Positions 9,824 through 18,329 of a stretch of 64,000 nt of DNA are shown here, one piece after another. The stretch lies in the NCBI GenBank assembly GCA_017983435.1, contig JAGOBM010000001.1:47916-111915 (forward strand). The letters are read 5' to 3'. The first letter of the stretch is position 1. The number at the start of each line of letters is the position of its first letter. A program made the position numbers and the translations under genes. This stretch comes from Candidatus Moraniibacteriota bacterium. Its GTDB lineage: Bacteria; Patescibacteriota; Minisyncoccia; Moranbacterales; UBA1568. The notes under the pieces were generated by a model. The model did no database searches. It was not told the origin of the DNA and saw nothing but the letters and a program-made list of their open reading frames with translations.

Positions 9824-10945
9824 TTATATTCTCATATAGTGCATGCCGCCGATATTCTTGGCAAGCCCCTTCATTTCGAGGAGCGTGAGCAGAGCCATGA
9901 TTTCGCCTGCTGGCCGCTTCGTCCGGAGGATGATGGCATCGATGTGTATCGGCTCACGGCTGAGGAGATCGAAGAGTGCCTGCTCATGGTCTGGAAGCGT
10001 CGGTGTGGATGATTCGGAACTGGTCATATCCGGAGAGAGACGGGGTAATTCTTCAAGTATATCCTCGATCGAGGTGACGAGTTTGGCTCCGCGCTGGATG
10101 AGCCGGTGGCAGCCGATGGCTCCTGGAGCGAAGATGGATCCGGGGACGGCGCAGACATCGCGATTGTATTCGAGCGCGAGGCGGGCAGTGATGAGCGTAC
10201 CACTCTGCTCTCCGGCCTCGATGACGAGCGTGAGCGGGCTCATGCCGGCCATGATGCGGTTGCGGGCGGGGAAGGTACCGACCGTCACGGTGGTTCCCGG
10301 GATGAATTCGGAAATGACCGCACCGTCATGCTCTATGATGCGGTGCGCGAGCGCGAGGTGCGATTGCGGAGCGATCGAAGCGTCATCGATGCCACTGCCG
10401 ATGACCGCGATGGTCCGGCCGCTGTTTTCGAGCGTGGCTTCGTGAGCGAGACCATCGACTCCGAAAGCGAGTCCGGAGATGATAGTGCAGCCAGCTTGCG
10501 AGAGACGGCGGGCGAAGTCCTGAGCGACTTGCCGTCCGTAGACGGATGGCTTGCGGGTACCGACGATAGTGATCATCGGATGATGAGCGTGCCAGTCATA
10601 CGTGCCGCGGACATAGAGAATCGGCGGGGCATCGGGGATTTCTCGGAGAAGTGCCGGGTAGCGATTATCGGTATAGCCGATAGGGGTGGCGCCGAGGGTG
10701 TGGAGTTCTTGCCAGAGCCGGGCGGGCTCGAGGACCGGTAGGGTATCGCGAAGTGCTTTGATTGCCTGGGGTCGGATATCTAGTAGTGTGCTTCCGGTAT
10801 CAGTCACGGCATTCCAGGCGGCTCTCCCTGATCCAAAAGTACGGATGAGTGAGAGAATCGTTTTGTTGCCGATGCCGGGAATACGAGAAAAAGCGTATAT
10901 CCAGGCGGTATCAGGCAGAGACTCGATAGCTGGCGGGGTACTCAT
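9824..10945 (-). CDS. dprA: DNA processing protein A (Smf).
   Basis: DprA Rossmann-like core (ITIVGTRKPSVYGRQVA, ISGLAFGVDGLAHEATL); adjacent to topA, as is common. Confidence 0.85.
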   Translation of the reverse strand: MSTPPAIESLPDTAWIYAFSRIPGIGNKTILSLIRTFGSGRAAWNAVTDTGSTLLDIRPQAIKALRDTLPVLEPARLWQELHTLGATPIGYTDNRYPALLREIPDAPPILYVRGTYDWHAHHPMITIVGTRKPSVYGRQVAQDFARRLSQAGCTIISGLAFGVDGLAHEATLENSGRTIAVIGSGIDDASIAPQSHLALAHRIIEHDGAVISEFIPGTTVTVGTFPARNRIMAGMSPLTLVIEAGEQSGTLITARLALEYNRDVCAVPGSIFAPGAIGCHRLIQRGAKLVTSIEDILEELPRLSPDMTSSESSTPTLPDHEQALFDLLSREPIHIDAIILRTKRPAGEIMALLTLLEMKGLAKNIGGMHYMRI

Positions 10946-11002
10946 ACAATATATATGTGTGCACGCAATATGTCTGGTATTGTAACATGACTGATGTTTG
11001 GA

Positions 11003-11030
11003 TAGACAAAAGCCCGGATTTCGCTATAAT
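11003..11030 (+). promoter_or_regulatory. Candidate sigma70 promoter for the tRNA cluster: TAGACA, 16-nt spacer, TATAAT.
   Basis: Hexamers seen directly upstream of the first tRNA-derived sequence. Confidence 0.35.
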
Positions 11031-11041
11031 GGCTGAGTATC

Positions 11042-11059
11042 TGATCGGGCCCATAGCTC
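11042..11059 (+). repeat. 18-nt partial copy of the tRNA-Ala 5' end (TGATCGGGCCCATAGCTC), duplicated 100 nt upstream of the intact gene.
   Basis: Identical 18-mers at 11042..11059 and 11142..11159. Confidence 0.7.
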
Positions 11060-11146
11060 CCTAGAGAGGCGGGTAAACATTTGGCAGAGCGCGCTTGGGC
11101 GTGTAGGTGCTCCGGTGGATACTCTGTTTGGTTTTTGAAAATGATC

Positions 11147-11219
11147 GGGCCCATAGCTCATTTGGTAGAGCACCTGCTTTGCACGCAGGGGGTGAGCGGT
11201 TCGAATCCGCTTGGGTCCA
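11147..11219 (+). tRNA. tRNA-Ala(TGC).
   Basis: Cloverleaf folds by hand; anticodon loop CTTTGCACG; G3:U70 alanine identity pair; no encoded CCA. Confidence 0.85.
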
Positions 11220-11296
11220 CCCTTGATTTTCTCGGATGCCTGGGGTACACTGGGCAACGTGGTGATCGAACCGGTTTTTTATTGTTGGAATTTCCC

Positions 11297-11370
11297 GGGC
11301 GATTAGCTCAGTTGGTTAGAGCGCGACACTGATAATGTCGAGGTCCCAAGTTCGAATCTTGGATCGCCCA
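11297..11370 (+). tRNA. tRNA-Ile(GAT).
   Basis: Cloverleaf; anticodon loop ACTGATAAT; acceptor stem GGGCGAT/ATCGCCC. Confidence 0.85.
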
Positions 11371-11395
11371 CACCGGCCATGTATGGCGGTATTAT

Positions 11396-11469
11396 AGCGG
11401 GGTAGAGCAGTCTGGCAGCTCGCTTGGCTCATAACCAAGAGGTCGGTGGTTCAAATCCACCCCCCGCAA
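11396..11469 (+). tRNA. tRNA-Met(CAT), possibly the initiator: A11:U24 pair and an unpaired 1-72 position.
   Basis: Cloverleaf; anticodon loop CTCATAA; D-stem GAGC/GCTC gives A11:U24. Confidence 0.65.
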
Positions 11470-11482
11470 CAAATGGAAAGAG

Positions 11483-11556
11483 GGCAGGGTAGCTCAGCCG
11501 GTTAGAGCACAGCACTCATAACGCTGAGGTCGTGGGTTCGATTCCCACCCCTGCTA
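11483..11556 (+). tRNA. Second CAT-anticodon tRNA, either elongator Met or tRNA-Ile2 (lysidine).
   Basis: Cloverleaf; anticodon loop CTCATAA; T-arm GTGGGTTCGATTCCCAC. Confidence 0.65.
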
Positions 11557-11580
11557 CACTTGAAAAAAGAACCAAGAACC

Positions 11581-11640
11581 AAGCTCCAATAACCAAGTAG
11601 CGTATTTCCTTGGTGATTGGATTTTGGTAATTGGAGCTCG
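11581..11640 (+). other. Stem-loop of about 60 nt between tRNAs (CAAGCTCCAATAACCAAG ... TTGGTAATTGGAGCTCG), possibly a processing or spacer structure.
   Basis: Near-perfect inverted repeat seen directly. Confidence 0.4.
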
Positions 11641-11652
11641 AATAGAGTCTAT

Positions 11653-11726
11653 GGGGGCGTAGCTCAGCTGGTTAGAGCGCCACACTGTCACTGTGGAGGT
11701 CGCGGGTCCGAATCCCGTCGCTCCCG
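11653..11726 (+). tRNA. tRNA-Asp(GTC).
   Basis: Cloverleaf; anticodon loop CTGTCAC; discriminator G73. Confidence 0.8.
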
Positions 11727-11735
11727 CCCATAGAA

Positions 11736-11768
11736 AAATACGGCCGGTTCATCCGGTCGTATTTTTTT
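11736..11768 (+). terminator. Intrinsic terminator ATACGGCCGGttcatCCGGTCGTAT followed by T9.
   Basis: Hairpin and T-run seen directly. Confidence 0.7.
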
Positions 11769-11899
11769 TGTGGAGCGAAAGAAATCAACTGCTTGATTTC
11801 TGTCGGGATGAGGAAAGCGGAGCGATGCCGAGCGAGTACGCGAGGCCGCGAGCTGGGGTCGCGAAAATCGGCGAGCGGCGGTGAGGCGATTATTCGTGA

Positions 11900-11924
11900 C
11901 CGAATCCCGTCGCTCCCGCCCATA
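11900..11924 (+). repeat. 25-nt partial copy of the tRNA-Asp 3' end (CCGAATCCCGTCGCTCCCGCCCATA), about 190 bp downstream of the intact gene.
   Basis: Identical to 11708..11732; looks like the partial tRNA copy left at the far end of an element integrated into a tRNA gene. Confidence 0.7.
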
Positions 11925-11958
11925 AACAAAAACAGGTCTCAGTGGACCTGTTTTTGTT
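11922..11958 (+). terminator. Second intrinsic terminator AACAAAAACAGGTCtcagtGGACCTGTTTTTGTT.
   Basis: Hairpin and T-run seen directly. Confidence 0.6.
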
Positions 11959-12093
11959 TGCTCAGGTGGGATATATGGATGAAGAATCCTGTCACTCTCA
12001 CCCAAAATATTCGGAAAGGGATACCGGATTGACAGAACGGATAGTCTCTGGTAGGGTGATATATCCCATTCGCCAAGGAAAGGAGGTGTCGTC

Positions 12094-12450
12094 ATGGGAG
12101 ATATCGTCGGTACGTGTATTACGTTCGGCAAACAGGAATGTGCGGTGATTGTCGCGCAGAAAGAGGTGTCGGGAGCACGGTTCATTGAATTGCTAGAGCA
12201 GAAAGTGATGGATGTCATTTTTCAGATCCATCATGAGATGGAGCGGATGCCGAGAAGCACACTCGTCGAATCTTTCACTGCCTCACCTCCTGAAAAGCCC
12301 TACTATGGTGATCTGATGATCGAAGTGGTCTACCGTCTCAGCGACGAAACTCGCTTTCGGCACACATTGCATTTCGTCTACGTCGATCGAGGGAGAAAGC
12401 TCGATGGAAAGCTGTATACGCAGCAGCGTCGCGAAATTCCACACTCATGA
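12094..12450 (+). CDS. Hypothetical protein, 118 aa.
   Basis: Strong SD AAGGAGGTG 7 nt upstream of the ATG; ordinary amino-acid composition. Confidence 0.5.
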   Translation: MGDIVGTCITFGKQECAVIVAQKEVSGARFIELLEQKVMDVIFQIHHEMERMPRSTLVESFTASPPEKPYYGDLMIEVVYRLSDETRFRHTLHFVYVDRGRKLDGKLYTQQRREIPHS

Positions 12451-12527
12451 TCGTTCCAGGACGATTTTCATAAAGACCGGGGAAGAATCTTTCTCCGGCT
12501 TTTTCTTTTTCTTTATTACAAATGGCT

Positions 12528-12625
12528 CAAAAAATCCTGGGGTGCGAGAAATTTTTTTCTTGCTGTACGCTCGGAAGCGTAGTGCATCGAAAAAATCTTT
12601 CTCGCACCCCAGGATTTTTTCTCGA
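12528..12625. other. Long hairpin of about 23 bp (AAAAAATCCTGGGGTGCGAGAAA ... TTTCTCGCACCCCAGGATTTTTT) with a 40-nt loop.
   Basis: Perfect inverted repeat seen directly. Confidence 0.5.
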
Positions 12626-12646
12626 GATATCAAAACGACACTGGAT

Positions 12647-12738
12647 GGATTATCGAGATGCAAAAGAGTTTTTCTCTGCCGCCCGAGACTTCCGAGGCGA
12701 TAGCAAGGAGAAAAGCTGCTTTTGTAGCTCGATAATCC
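12647..12738 (+). ncRNA. Candidate structured RNA or repeat element, copy 1: an 11-bp closing stem (GGATTATCGAG/CTCGATAATCC) encloses the conserved core ...CTGCCGCCCGAGACTTCCGAGGCGATAGCAAGGAGAAAAGCTGCTTTTGTAG.
   Basis: A second copy with about 85-90% core identity lies at 61975..62060, with a different but also perfect closing stem and a compensatory T:A to C:G change in the inner helix. Confidence 0.4.
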
Positions 12739-12995
12739 GGAATAGTAGAGAGGAGCGTGGGCTAACACTGCTTTTGTAGTTTGGTAGACTGTGATATTTC
12801 GTGGCTTGTTGTAGTGTTGCACTTACTTGTTGAACCTATCGGAGTTAGAATTGACACTTATTTTATTTTCTGCTATAATTTATTTCTTATCTGATTCTTT
12901 TTCTTGGGGGCCGAGATGTGTGAAAAGGGCTTGGGTAGGGGATAATTTACCGTGGATGATCCCAGAGAGGAGTATTCCACCCAAGCGAAGAATAT

Positions 12996-14228
12996 ATGTT
13001 TCGGAAGAGTTTCGAGAAACGCCACTCGCGTGAGCTGAAGCGCGATACCGGCAGGAATTACGTCGGACGGCAGCGCCAGAGCGGCAGCCGGGTCGGCAGC
13101 AGCAGGAAGAAGTTCGCGGGTATCGATCCGGCGTTGTTTGTGCGCAAGGCGATCGTGACCACCCAGGCTGAGGTATTCAATCCGAAGCACCGGTTCGCGG
13201 ATTTCAAGGTGGACCCGAAGCTGAAGGAGAATGTCGAGAAGCGTGGTTTTACAAATCCGACGCCGATCCAGGACGGGACGATTCCGTTCATCCTCGAAAA
13301 GCGCGATGTGATCGGTATGGCCAATACCGGTACCGGCAAGACGGCTGCTTTCCTCATCCCGCTCATCCACAAGGCGATGCATAAGGGAGGGGAGAAGGCT
13401 CTGATCGTCGTACCGACCCGCGAGCTGGCCAACCAGATCGATGCTGAGTTCCATGATTTTTCAGCCAGGACGGGCCTCCGGTCATCTGTCTGTATCGGCG
13501 GCGCCAATATCCAGATGCAGATCCGTCGTCTGCGTCAGGACCCGCATTTCATCATCGGTACCCCAGGACGGTTGAAGGACCTCGTCGAGCGCAAGCATCT
13601 CGATCTCTCGTCTTTCAACAACGTCGTGCTCGACGAAGTGGATCGCATGCTCGATATGGGCTTCATTCATGATATGAAATTCCTGCTCGCGCTCTTGAAG
13701 GAGCCTCGGCAGACCCTTTTCTTCTCGGCAACCCTGCCGAAGGAAATTGCGGAACTGGCGAAGAAATTCCTCAAGGATCCGATTACGGTCCGTATCGAAT
13801 CTCGAGCGACTGCTGAGAACGTCGAACAGAACGTGATCAACGTGAGGAAGAAGGATCAGAAAGTCGATATCCTGCATGATCTCCTCCTGAAAGAGGATTT
13901 CCAGAAGGTGCTGATCTTCTGTCGGACGAAGCGCGGAGCAGAGCGGCTGTCGAAGACGCTTCTTGAGAGCGGCTTCAAGTCAGACTCTATCCATGGCGAC
14001 AAGTCTCAGAGCCAGCGCGAGCGAGCGCTCCGCCGGTTCGAGGAGAATGCCCTCCAGGTGCTCGTCGCAACCGATGTCGCTGCGCGCGGCCTCGATATCG
14101 ATGATGTGACCCATGTCATCAATTTCGATGTCCCAGAGACCTACGAAGACTATATCCATCGTATCGGCCGTACTGGTCGCGGTGGGAAGACCGGCAACGC
14201 GCTGACCTTCATCGAAGAGGAGAAATAA
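12996..14228 (+). CDS. DEAD-box ATP-dependent RNA helicase with an Arg/Gly-rich N-terminus.
   Basis: Motifs TGTGKTAAFLIP, PTRELA, DEVD, SAT, HRIGRTGR. Confidence 0.85.
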   Translation: MFRKSFEKRHSRELKRDTGRNYVGRQRQSGSRVGSSRKKFAGIDPALFVRKAIVTTQAEVFNPKHRFADFKVDPKLKENVEKRGFTNPTPIQDGTIPFILEKRDVIGMANTGTGKTAAFLIPLIHKAMHKGGEKALIVVPTRELANQIDAEFHDFSARTGLRSSVCIGGANIQMQIRRLRQDPHFIIGTPGRLKDLVERKHLDLSSFNNVVLDEVDRMLDMGFIHDMKFLLALLKEPRQTLFFSATLPKEIAELAKKFLKDPITVRIESRATAENVEQNVINVRKKDQKVDILHDLLLKEDFQKVLIFCRTKRGAERLSKTLLESGFKSDSIHGDKSQSQRERALRRFEENALQVLVATDVAARGLDIDDVTHVINFDVPETYEDYIHRIGRTGRGGKTGNALTFIEEEK

Positions 14229-14246
14229 ACATAACGGAAAGCCAAA

Positions 14247-14274
14247 AGACCCCATTCGTGAGGTCTTTTTTGCT
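14247..14274 (+). terminator. Intrinsic terminator downstream of the helicase gene.
   Basis: AAAGACCCCAttcgTGAGGTCTTTTTT. Confidence 0.55.
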
Positions 14275-14319
14275 TCAGAACGCAGTGGTGTATGATGAAG
14301 ATATATAAAATACTCCTTT

Positions 14320-15435
14320 ATGGAAACCGTTCCGTTTGAAGCGATTCTCGAACAGGCGCGTCTGGCGCCTTCGGGGGACAATATCCAGCCGTGGCTGGTG
14401 AAGATCATTTCGGAGCATGAGCTGTGGATTTTCAAGAATCAGCCGGATTTCATCTCGCCGTCGGATTATTTCCGGGGCGGATTGTACTGTGGCGTCGGAG
14501 CATTCATCGAAGTGATTGTCATCGCGGCGAGCCAGCATGGGTTCGCGGTCTCGGTGACCTATACAGAAGATATCGGTCCGGAGACCGGACATCTCGCTTC
14601 ACTCCTGTTTTCGGTGCTTCCAGATTCGGAGCAGCCGGAGCTTGATCGACCGCTGTACCTCGCATTGCCGGACAGGCGGACCGACCGTCGCCGCTATATG
14701 AGAGAGGCACTCGATCCGGGCATCATACGGCAGATGGAGGAAATAGCAGCTCATCTGGGCGGGCACGCGATATGTCTGAGTGATCCATCAGCGCTGAAGC
14801 AGCTGAGCAAGGCTTTCTCGAAACACGATGATTTTTTCTGGACCAGCGATGAAGGGCCTCGTGAAGATCTGGTGAAACTGGTGCATCGGTCCAGATCTTC
14901 TTCAGCTCCGAGTGTCGGCATGCCAAGCGATACACTCGGCCTCGGATGGAAGGGGTCTTGGTTACCGCTGATATTTCGGATAGCATACTTTGTTCCTGGA
15001 CTCTGGAAAATCATCGGATGGCAGTCGAAATATGTTTCGGAGGACCTGATGCAGCACTCGGGAGCTCTCGTGCTAATCACACTGCCGAAGCGGAGAAAGA
15101 AAAAGATTTTTGAAACAGGCTATCAGTTTTCAGATGATATAGTGGGCGGACGCATCATGCTGCGGCTCTGGCTCTTGGCGACGACGCTCGGCCTCAGTGT
15201 ACAGCCGACGTATGCGCTGGTGGCGCAGATGCAGAACGAGGGCAATACCCACGAAGGCGAGCGTTTTCTTCGACTGAATCGGGAAGTGGTCGCGGAGCTG
15301 ACCAGCATAGTCCCGGCGCTGGAACGCGAGACATTGGTCTTCGCCTTTCGTATCGGAAAACCGATAGTATCTACTCCGGTACCGAGTTCGCCGCGCAAGT
15401 CCCTCAAGGATATCATCTGGAGCGTGGCAGAGTGA
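14320..15435 (+). CDS. Nitroreductase-family protein with two nitroreductase-like halves.
   Basis: N-terminal APSGDNIQPW, a typical nitroreductase FMN-site motif; 371 aa. Confidence 0.6.
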   Translation: METVPFEAILEQARLAPSGDNIQPWLVKIISEHELWIFKNQPDFISPSDYFRGGLYCGVGAFIEVIVIAASQHGFAVSVTYTEDIGPETGHLASLLFSVLPDSEQPELDRPLYLALPDRRTDRRRYMREALDPGIIRQMEEIAAHLGGHAICLSDPSALKQLSKAFSKHDDFFWTSDEGPREDLVKLVHRSRSSSAPSVGMPSDTLGLGWKGSWLPLIFRIAYFVPGLWKIIGWQSKYVSEDLMQHSGALVLITLPKRRKKKIFETGYQFSDDIVGGRIMLRLWLLATTLGLSVQPTYALVAQMQNEGNTHEGERFLRLNREVVAELTSIVPALERETLVFAFRIGKPIVSTPVPSSPRKSLKDIIWSVAE

Positions 15436-15561
15436 TAGGGGGGCAATATAATACACAAAAAACCTATCTTTATGAGACAGGTTTTTTGTCTGGCTGGAGC
15501 AATATCAATGAGTGGATCCTGGTGGTTTCCACGGACAGGTCGGGTCGAGCACGATTTCTCT

Positions 15562-16293
15562 TCACATCATCTTGTACCAGAGATGGTAGCCGGCACTGGA
15601 TGGATGGATGCCATCCTTGGCAAAGAAGACCCCGGGTTTCTGTCGGAAAGGGTCTGTCGAATCAGCCGTGAGCAGATCGATGAATTTGACGTGATGGGCA
15701 TGAGCGGCTTGGCGGAAAATATCTCTTTGTCGGAGGGCGCGGCGGCCGAGATAACGGCGGAGCCAGCGGGGAAACAGGGGGGCGGATCCGATATTGCTGT
15801 ACCCGAGCAGGATGACGTGCTGTGTCGAAATACGGTTCGCCCAATCAAGTATGATTGAGAGCTGTCGCTCAAGCTTGGTCGGGGAGCTCAAGTGCCAGAT
15901 ATCGTTGCCGCCGATGCTGATGATGACGAGATCGTAGCAGGCGCTCCCGATCGATTGCAGGGTCGGGAGGAGATCACGGACGCGCGCTCCGTTGCTCGCG
16001 CGGTTATGGATCGTGATCTGCGGGATATCGTGCGCGAGCTTGCCGGAGAGGGTATCTTCCGGCCGGTCGGCTCCGGTACCGACGGCCGTGCTGTCACCCA
16101 AGATGAGTATTTTTTTGAGTGGGTAGCGATGCTGTATGGAAAAGGCTCTCGCTCGATTGGCTAGGGATCGATTCACGCTGAGATGCCAGAGCATCTTGAG
16201 CGCCGAAAGCACGATGAACACATCGATGATCAGGAGTATGGATTCGAGAGTCGTTTCAGCGTCGGAAAGACTGATGAGCGGAGTTGGATTCAT
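15562..16293 (-). CDS. SGNH/GDSL hydrolase with an N-terminal TM anchor.
   Basis: ILILGDSTAVGTG (block I), SIGGNDI (block III), C-terminal DGIHPS. Confidence 0.7.
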   Translation of the reverse strand: MNPTPLISLSDAETTLESILLIIDVFIVLSALKMLWHLSVNRSLANRARAFSIQHRYPLKKILILGDSTAVGTGADRPEDTLSGKLAHDIPQITIHNRASNGARVRDLLPTLQSIGSACYDLVIISIGGNDIWHLSSPTKLERQLSIILDWANRISTQHVILLGYSNIGSAPLFPRWLRRYLGRRALRQRDIFRQAAHAHHVKFIDLLTADSTDPFRQKPGVFFAKDGIHPSSAGYHLWYKMM

Positions 16294-16302
16294 GGGTGTG
16301 AA

Positions 16303-17043
16303 TCAGGATTTGCGGAGCTGGTCGGTCCAGCCATGCTCCTCGAGGGATTGCTTGAGGGCGATATACCAAAGCGCGTAGCCATCGCCGGAGGGATGGATAC
16401 GGTCAGCGGCGAAATATTTTCGGCGGTGCAAGTGCGCGGGAATTTTTGGTACATTGGTGTAGAGATCGATATAGATGAAGTCTCCTTTTTTAGAGCGATG
16501 GAGGGCGAAATCTCGTATGTGTTTGGCGCGCCAGGAGAACAGAAGGGAGAGTGGGAAACGGAAATACGGTATCGATCCAAGATCGGGAGGGGTGACAAGT
16601 ATGATGCGCGGGGCGATATGTTTCGCCATGCGGAGTATCGACGCGATATTCGAGCGCAGGGTACGGAGTGATCTGAGGCCCATGATATCGATGCCGCCGA
16701 TATGGATGATGAGCAGGTCAGCCTTCCATTCCGGATGCTTGGCGGTAAGCAAGGCGACGAGATCAGCAGAGCTCGCTCCGTTGATGCCGTGATTGATGAT
16801 CGTGATATCGGGGAAATCATGAGCGAGACGGCCAGCTACCGACTGTGTGGAGTGCTGCGCGCCGGTACCGACGGCGGTGCTGTCGCCGATACACATGACG
16901 GTCGCACTTGGATGATTGATGAAGCGGCAAAAAGGTACAGCTATACGTCCGAGCCGCCGAGCAGTCAGGCCATTCGATATCATACGGGACACCTCGGAGA
17001 CTACGTAGGTGATGATGATGCTGATGGCAAGTGGAAGTGGCAT
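16303..17043 (-). CDS. Second SGNH/GDSL hydrolase, a tandem paralog of the previous gene. Start taken at the ATG at 17043; the upstream part of the long ORF is antisense to the ftsX-like gene.
   Basis: VMCIGDSTAVGTG, IHIGGIDI, DRIHPS; same domain order as 15562..16293. Confidence 0.65.
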   Translation of the reverse strand: MPLPLAISIIITYVVSEVSRMISNGLTARRLGRIAVPFCRFINHPSATVMCIGDSTAVGTGAQHSTQSVAGRLAHDFPDITIINHGINGASSADLVALLTAKHPEWKADLLIIHIGGIDIMGLRSLRTLRSNIASILRMAKHIAPRIILVTPPDLGSIPYFRFPLSLLFSWRAKHIRDFALHRSKKGDFIYIDLYTNVPKIPAHLHRRKYFAADRIHPSGDGYALWYIALKQSLEEHGWTDQLRKS

Positions 17044-17112
17044 AAGTCTCTCGCATTCTAGCGTGTTTTCTGACCGTATCCAAGTATGAACATGTGTTAG
17101 AATGAAAGAGCT

Positions 17113-18318
17113 ATGATGACTCTGTCTACTTTTTTCTTGTTGGCATCGTATGTGATCCGGGATATCGCTCGGAGCCGCATGCTTTTTGCGTTGATTGTCT
17201 CGGGTCTCTCGGTGGCGTCGGCGGCCATCCTGTTGACGGTCGGCGTGTTGAACGGTTTTCAGACCATGTTGGGTGATAGTGAACGGGGATGGTTGTCTGA
17301 TATCGTCATTACCCCGACTGGTGATGACCGGACAATCGCTGAAAACTCGCGTCTTGAAGCCGAATTGGCCGCGATGGAGGGCGTCGAGGCGTTCAGTCTG
17401 CGGAGCCAGGGAGGGCAGATACTCGTGCGGTACGAGGAGGAGAAAACCAGCCCTTTTTTGACGATCGGGATCGATACGGCCAGCACGGAACAAGCGACAT
17501 TGCTGTCTTCCCGGGTCATTGAGGGGAGTTTTTTTGAGAGTGGCATAGAGTATTCGAATGAAGTCGTGCTCGGAAAGATCATTGCAGATAGTCTGGTCGG
17601 GAGCACGGATGACGGCCGATCGGTCGGGGCGGGTGATGATCTCTATGTCCTCGGTCCGCATGGCGAATCGAAGCGGTTCCGTGTCCGGGGTATTATCGAT
17701 GCCAAGACTTTTTTCCCAAACTGGAGCCTCTTCATGACCAAGCAGGAATATGAAAAACTTGATCCTGCCGGGCGCAACGCGCAGATGGTCGTCAAAATCA
17801 AGCCGGGTGTCGAGAGAGCGGTAGTGATCCGGTCCTTGCAGGATCGATTTCCAAAGGCAAATATCAGAACCTGGGAAGAAGAATCGAAATACGTGCAAGA
17901 CATCATGCTGGCGGTGTCATTTATCACACAGTCTATCCATTATCTCTTGGTCCTGACGATATTTACGATTGTCAGTGTCGTTATCTATATCAATATCAGC
18001 CAGAAGAAGCGGCAGATCGGTATCCTGAAATCGATGGGCGCCGAAAATCGTTTCATTCTTTCCGCATATCTGCTGGAATCGTGTACATACGCAGGTGTCG
18101 CGTTTGTTATCGGCTGCCTGATTTTTTTCGCTCTGTACTCCGTGTCCTCTCAGCATCCGTTACCGATGTTGATCGGTGATTTCCGCATCGTGTTTTCTCT
18201 TGATATCCTGATTTCAGCCTGGATCACGGTGTTTGTCGCTACACTGGGTGGGGGATTCATACCGGCGTATATGGCTTCTCGGACACATATCATCGATGTT
18301 ATGCGCGGGACTGTCTGA
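17113..18318 (+). CDS. ABC transporter permease, FtsX/MacB-like: N-terminal TM, periplasmic domain, three C-terminal TMs.
   Basis: Topology and FtsX-like C-terminal TM bundle. Confidence 0.75.
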   Translation: MMTLSTFFLLASYVIRDIARSRMLFALIVSGLSVASAAILLTVGVLNGFQTMLGDSERGWLSDIVITPTGDDRTIAENSRLEAELAAMEGVEAFSLRSQGGQILVRYEEEKTSPFLTIGIDTASTEQATLLSSRVIEGSFFESGIEYSNEVVLGKIIADSLVGSTDDGRSVGAGDDLYVLGPHGESKRFRVRGIIDAKTFFPNWSLFMTKQEYEKLDPAGRNAQMVVKIKPGVERAVVIRSLQDRFPKANIRTWEEESKYVQDIMLAVSFITQSIHYLLVLTIFTIVSVVIYINISQKKRQIGILKSMGAENRFILSAYLLESCTYAGVAFVIGCLIFFALYSVSSQHPLPMLIGDFRIVFSLDILISAWITVFVATLGGGFIPAYMASRTHIIDVMRGTV

Positions 18319-18329
18319 TTTTTGAACCT

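Noticed and set aside
11024-11332. Small ORFs overlapping the tRNA cluster (11024..11257 minus strand, 11081..11332 plus strand)
   Set aside because: They overlap well-folded tRNA genes; they are artefacts of GC-rich structured RNA.
16183-17061. Plus-strand ORFs 16183..16671 and 16702..17061
   Set aside because: Antisense to the second SGNH hydrolase, which carries the GDS(x) and DGIHPS motifs; no SD.
16303-17898. 531-aa minus-strand ORF
   Set aside because: Only the C-terminal 246 codons (16303..17043) encode the SGNH hydrolase. The upstream part is antisense to the well-supported FtsX-like permease gene and has a junk-like, Arg-rich composition.
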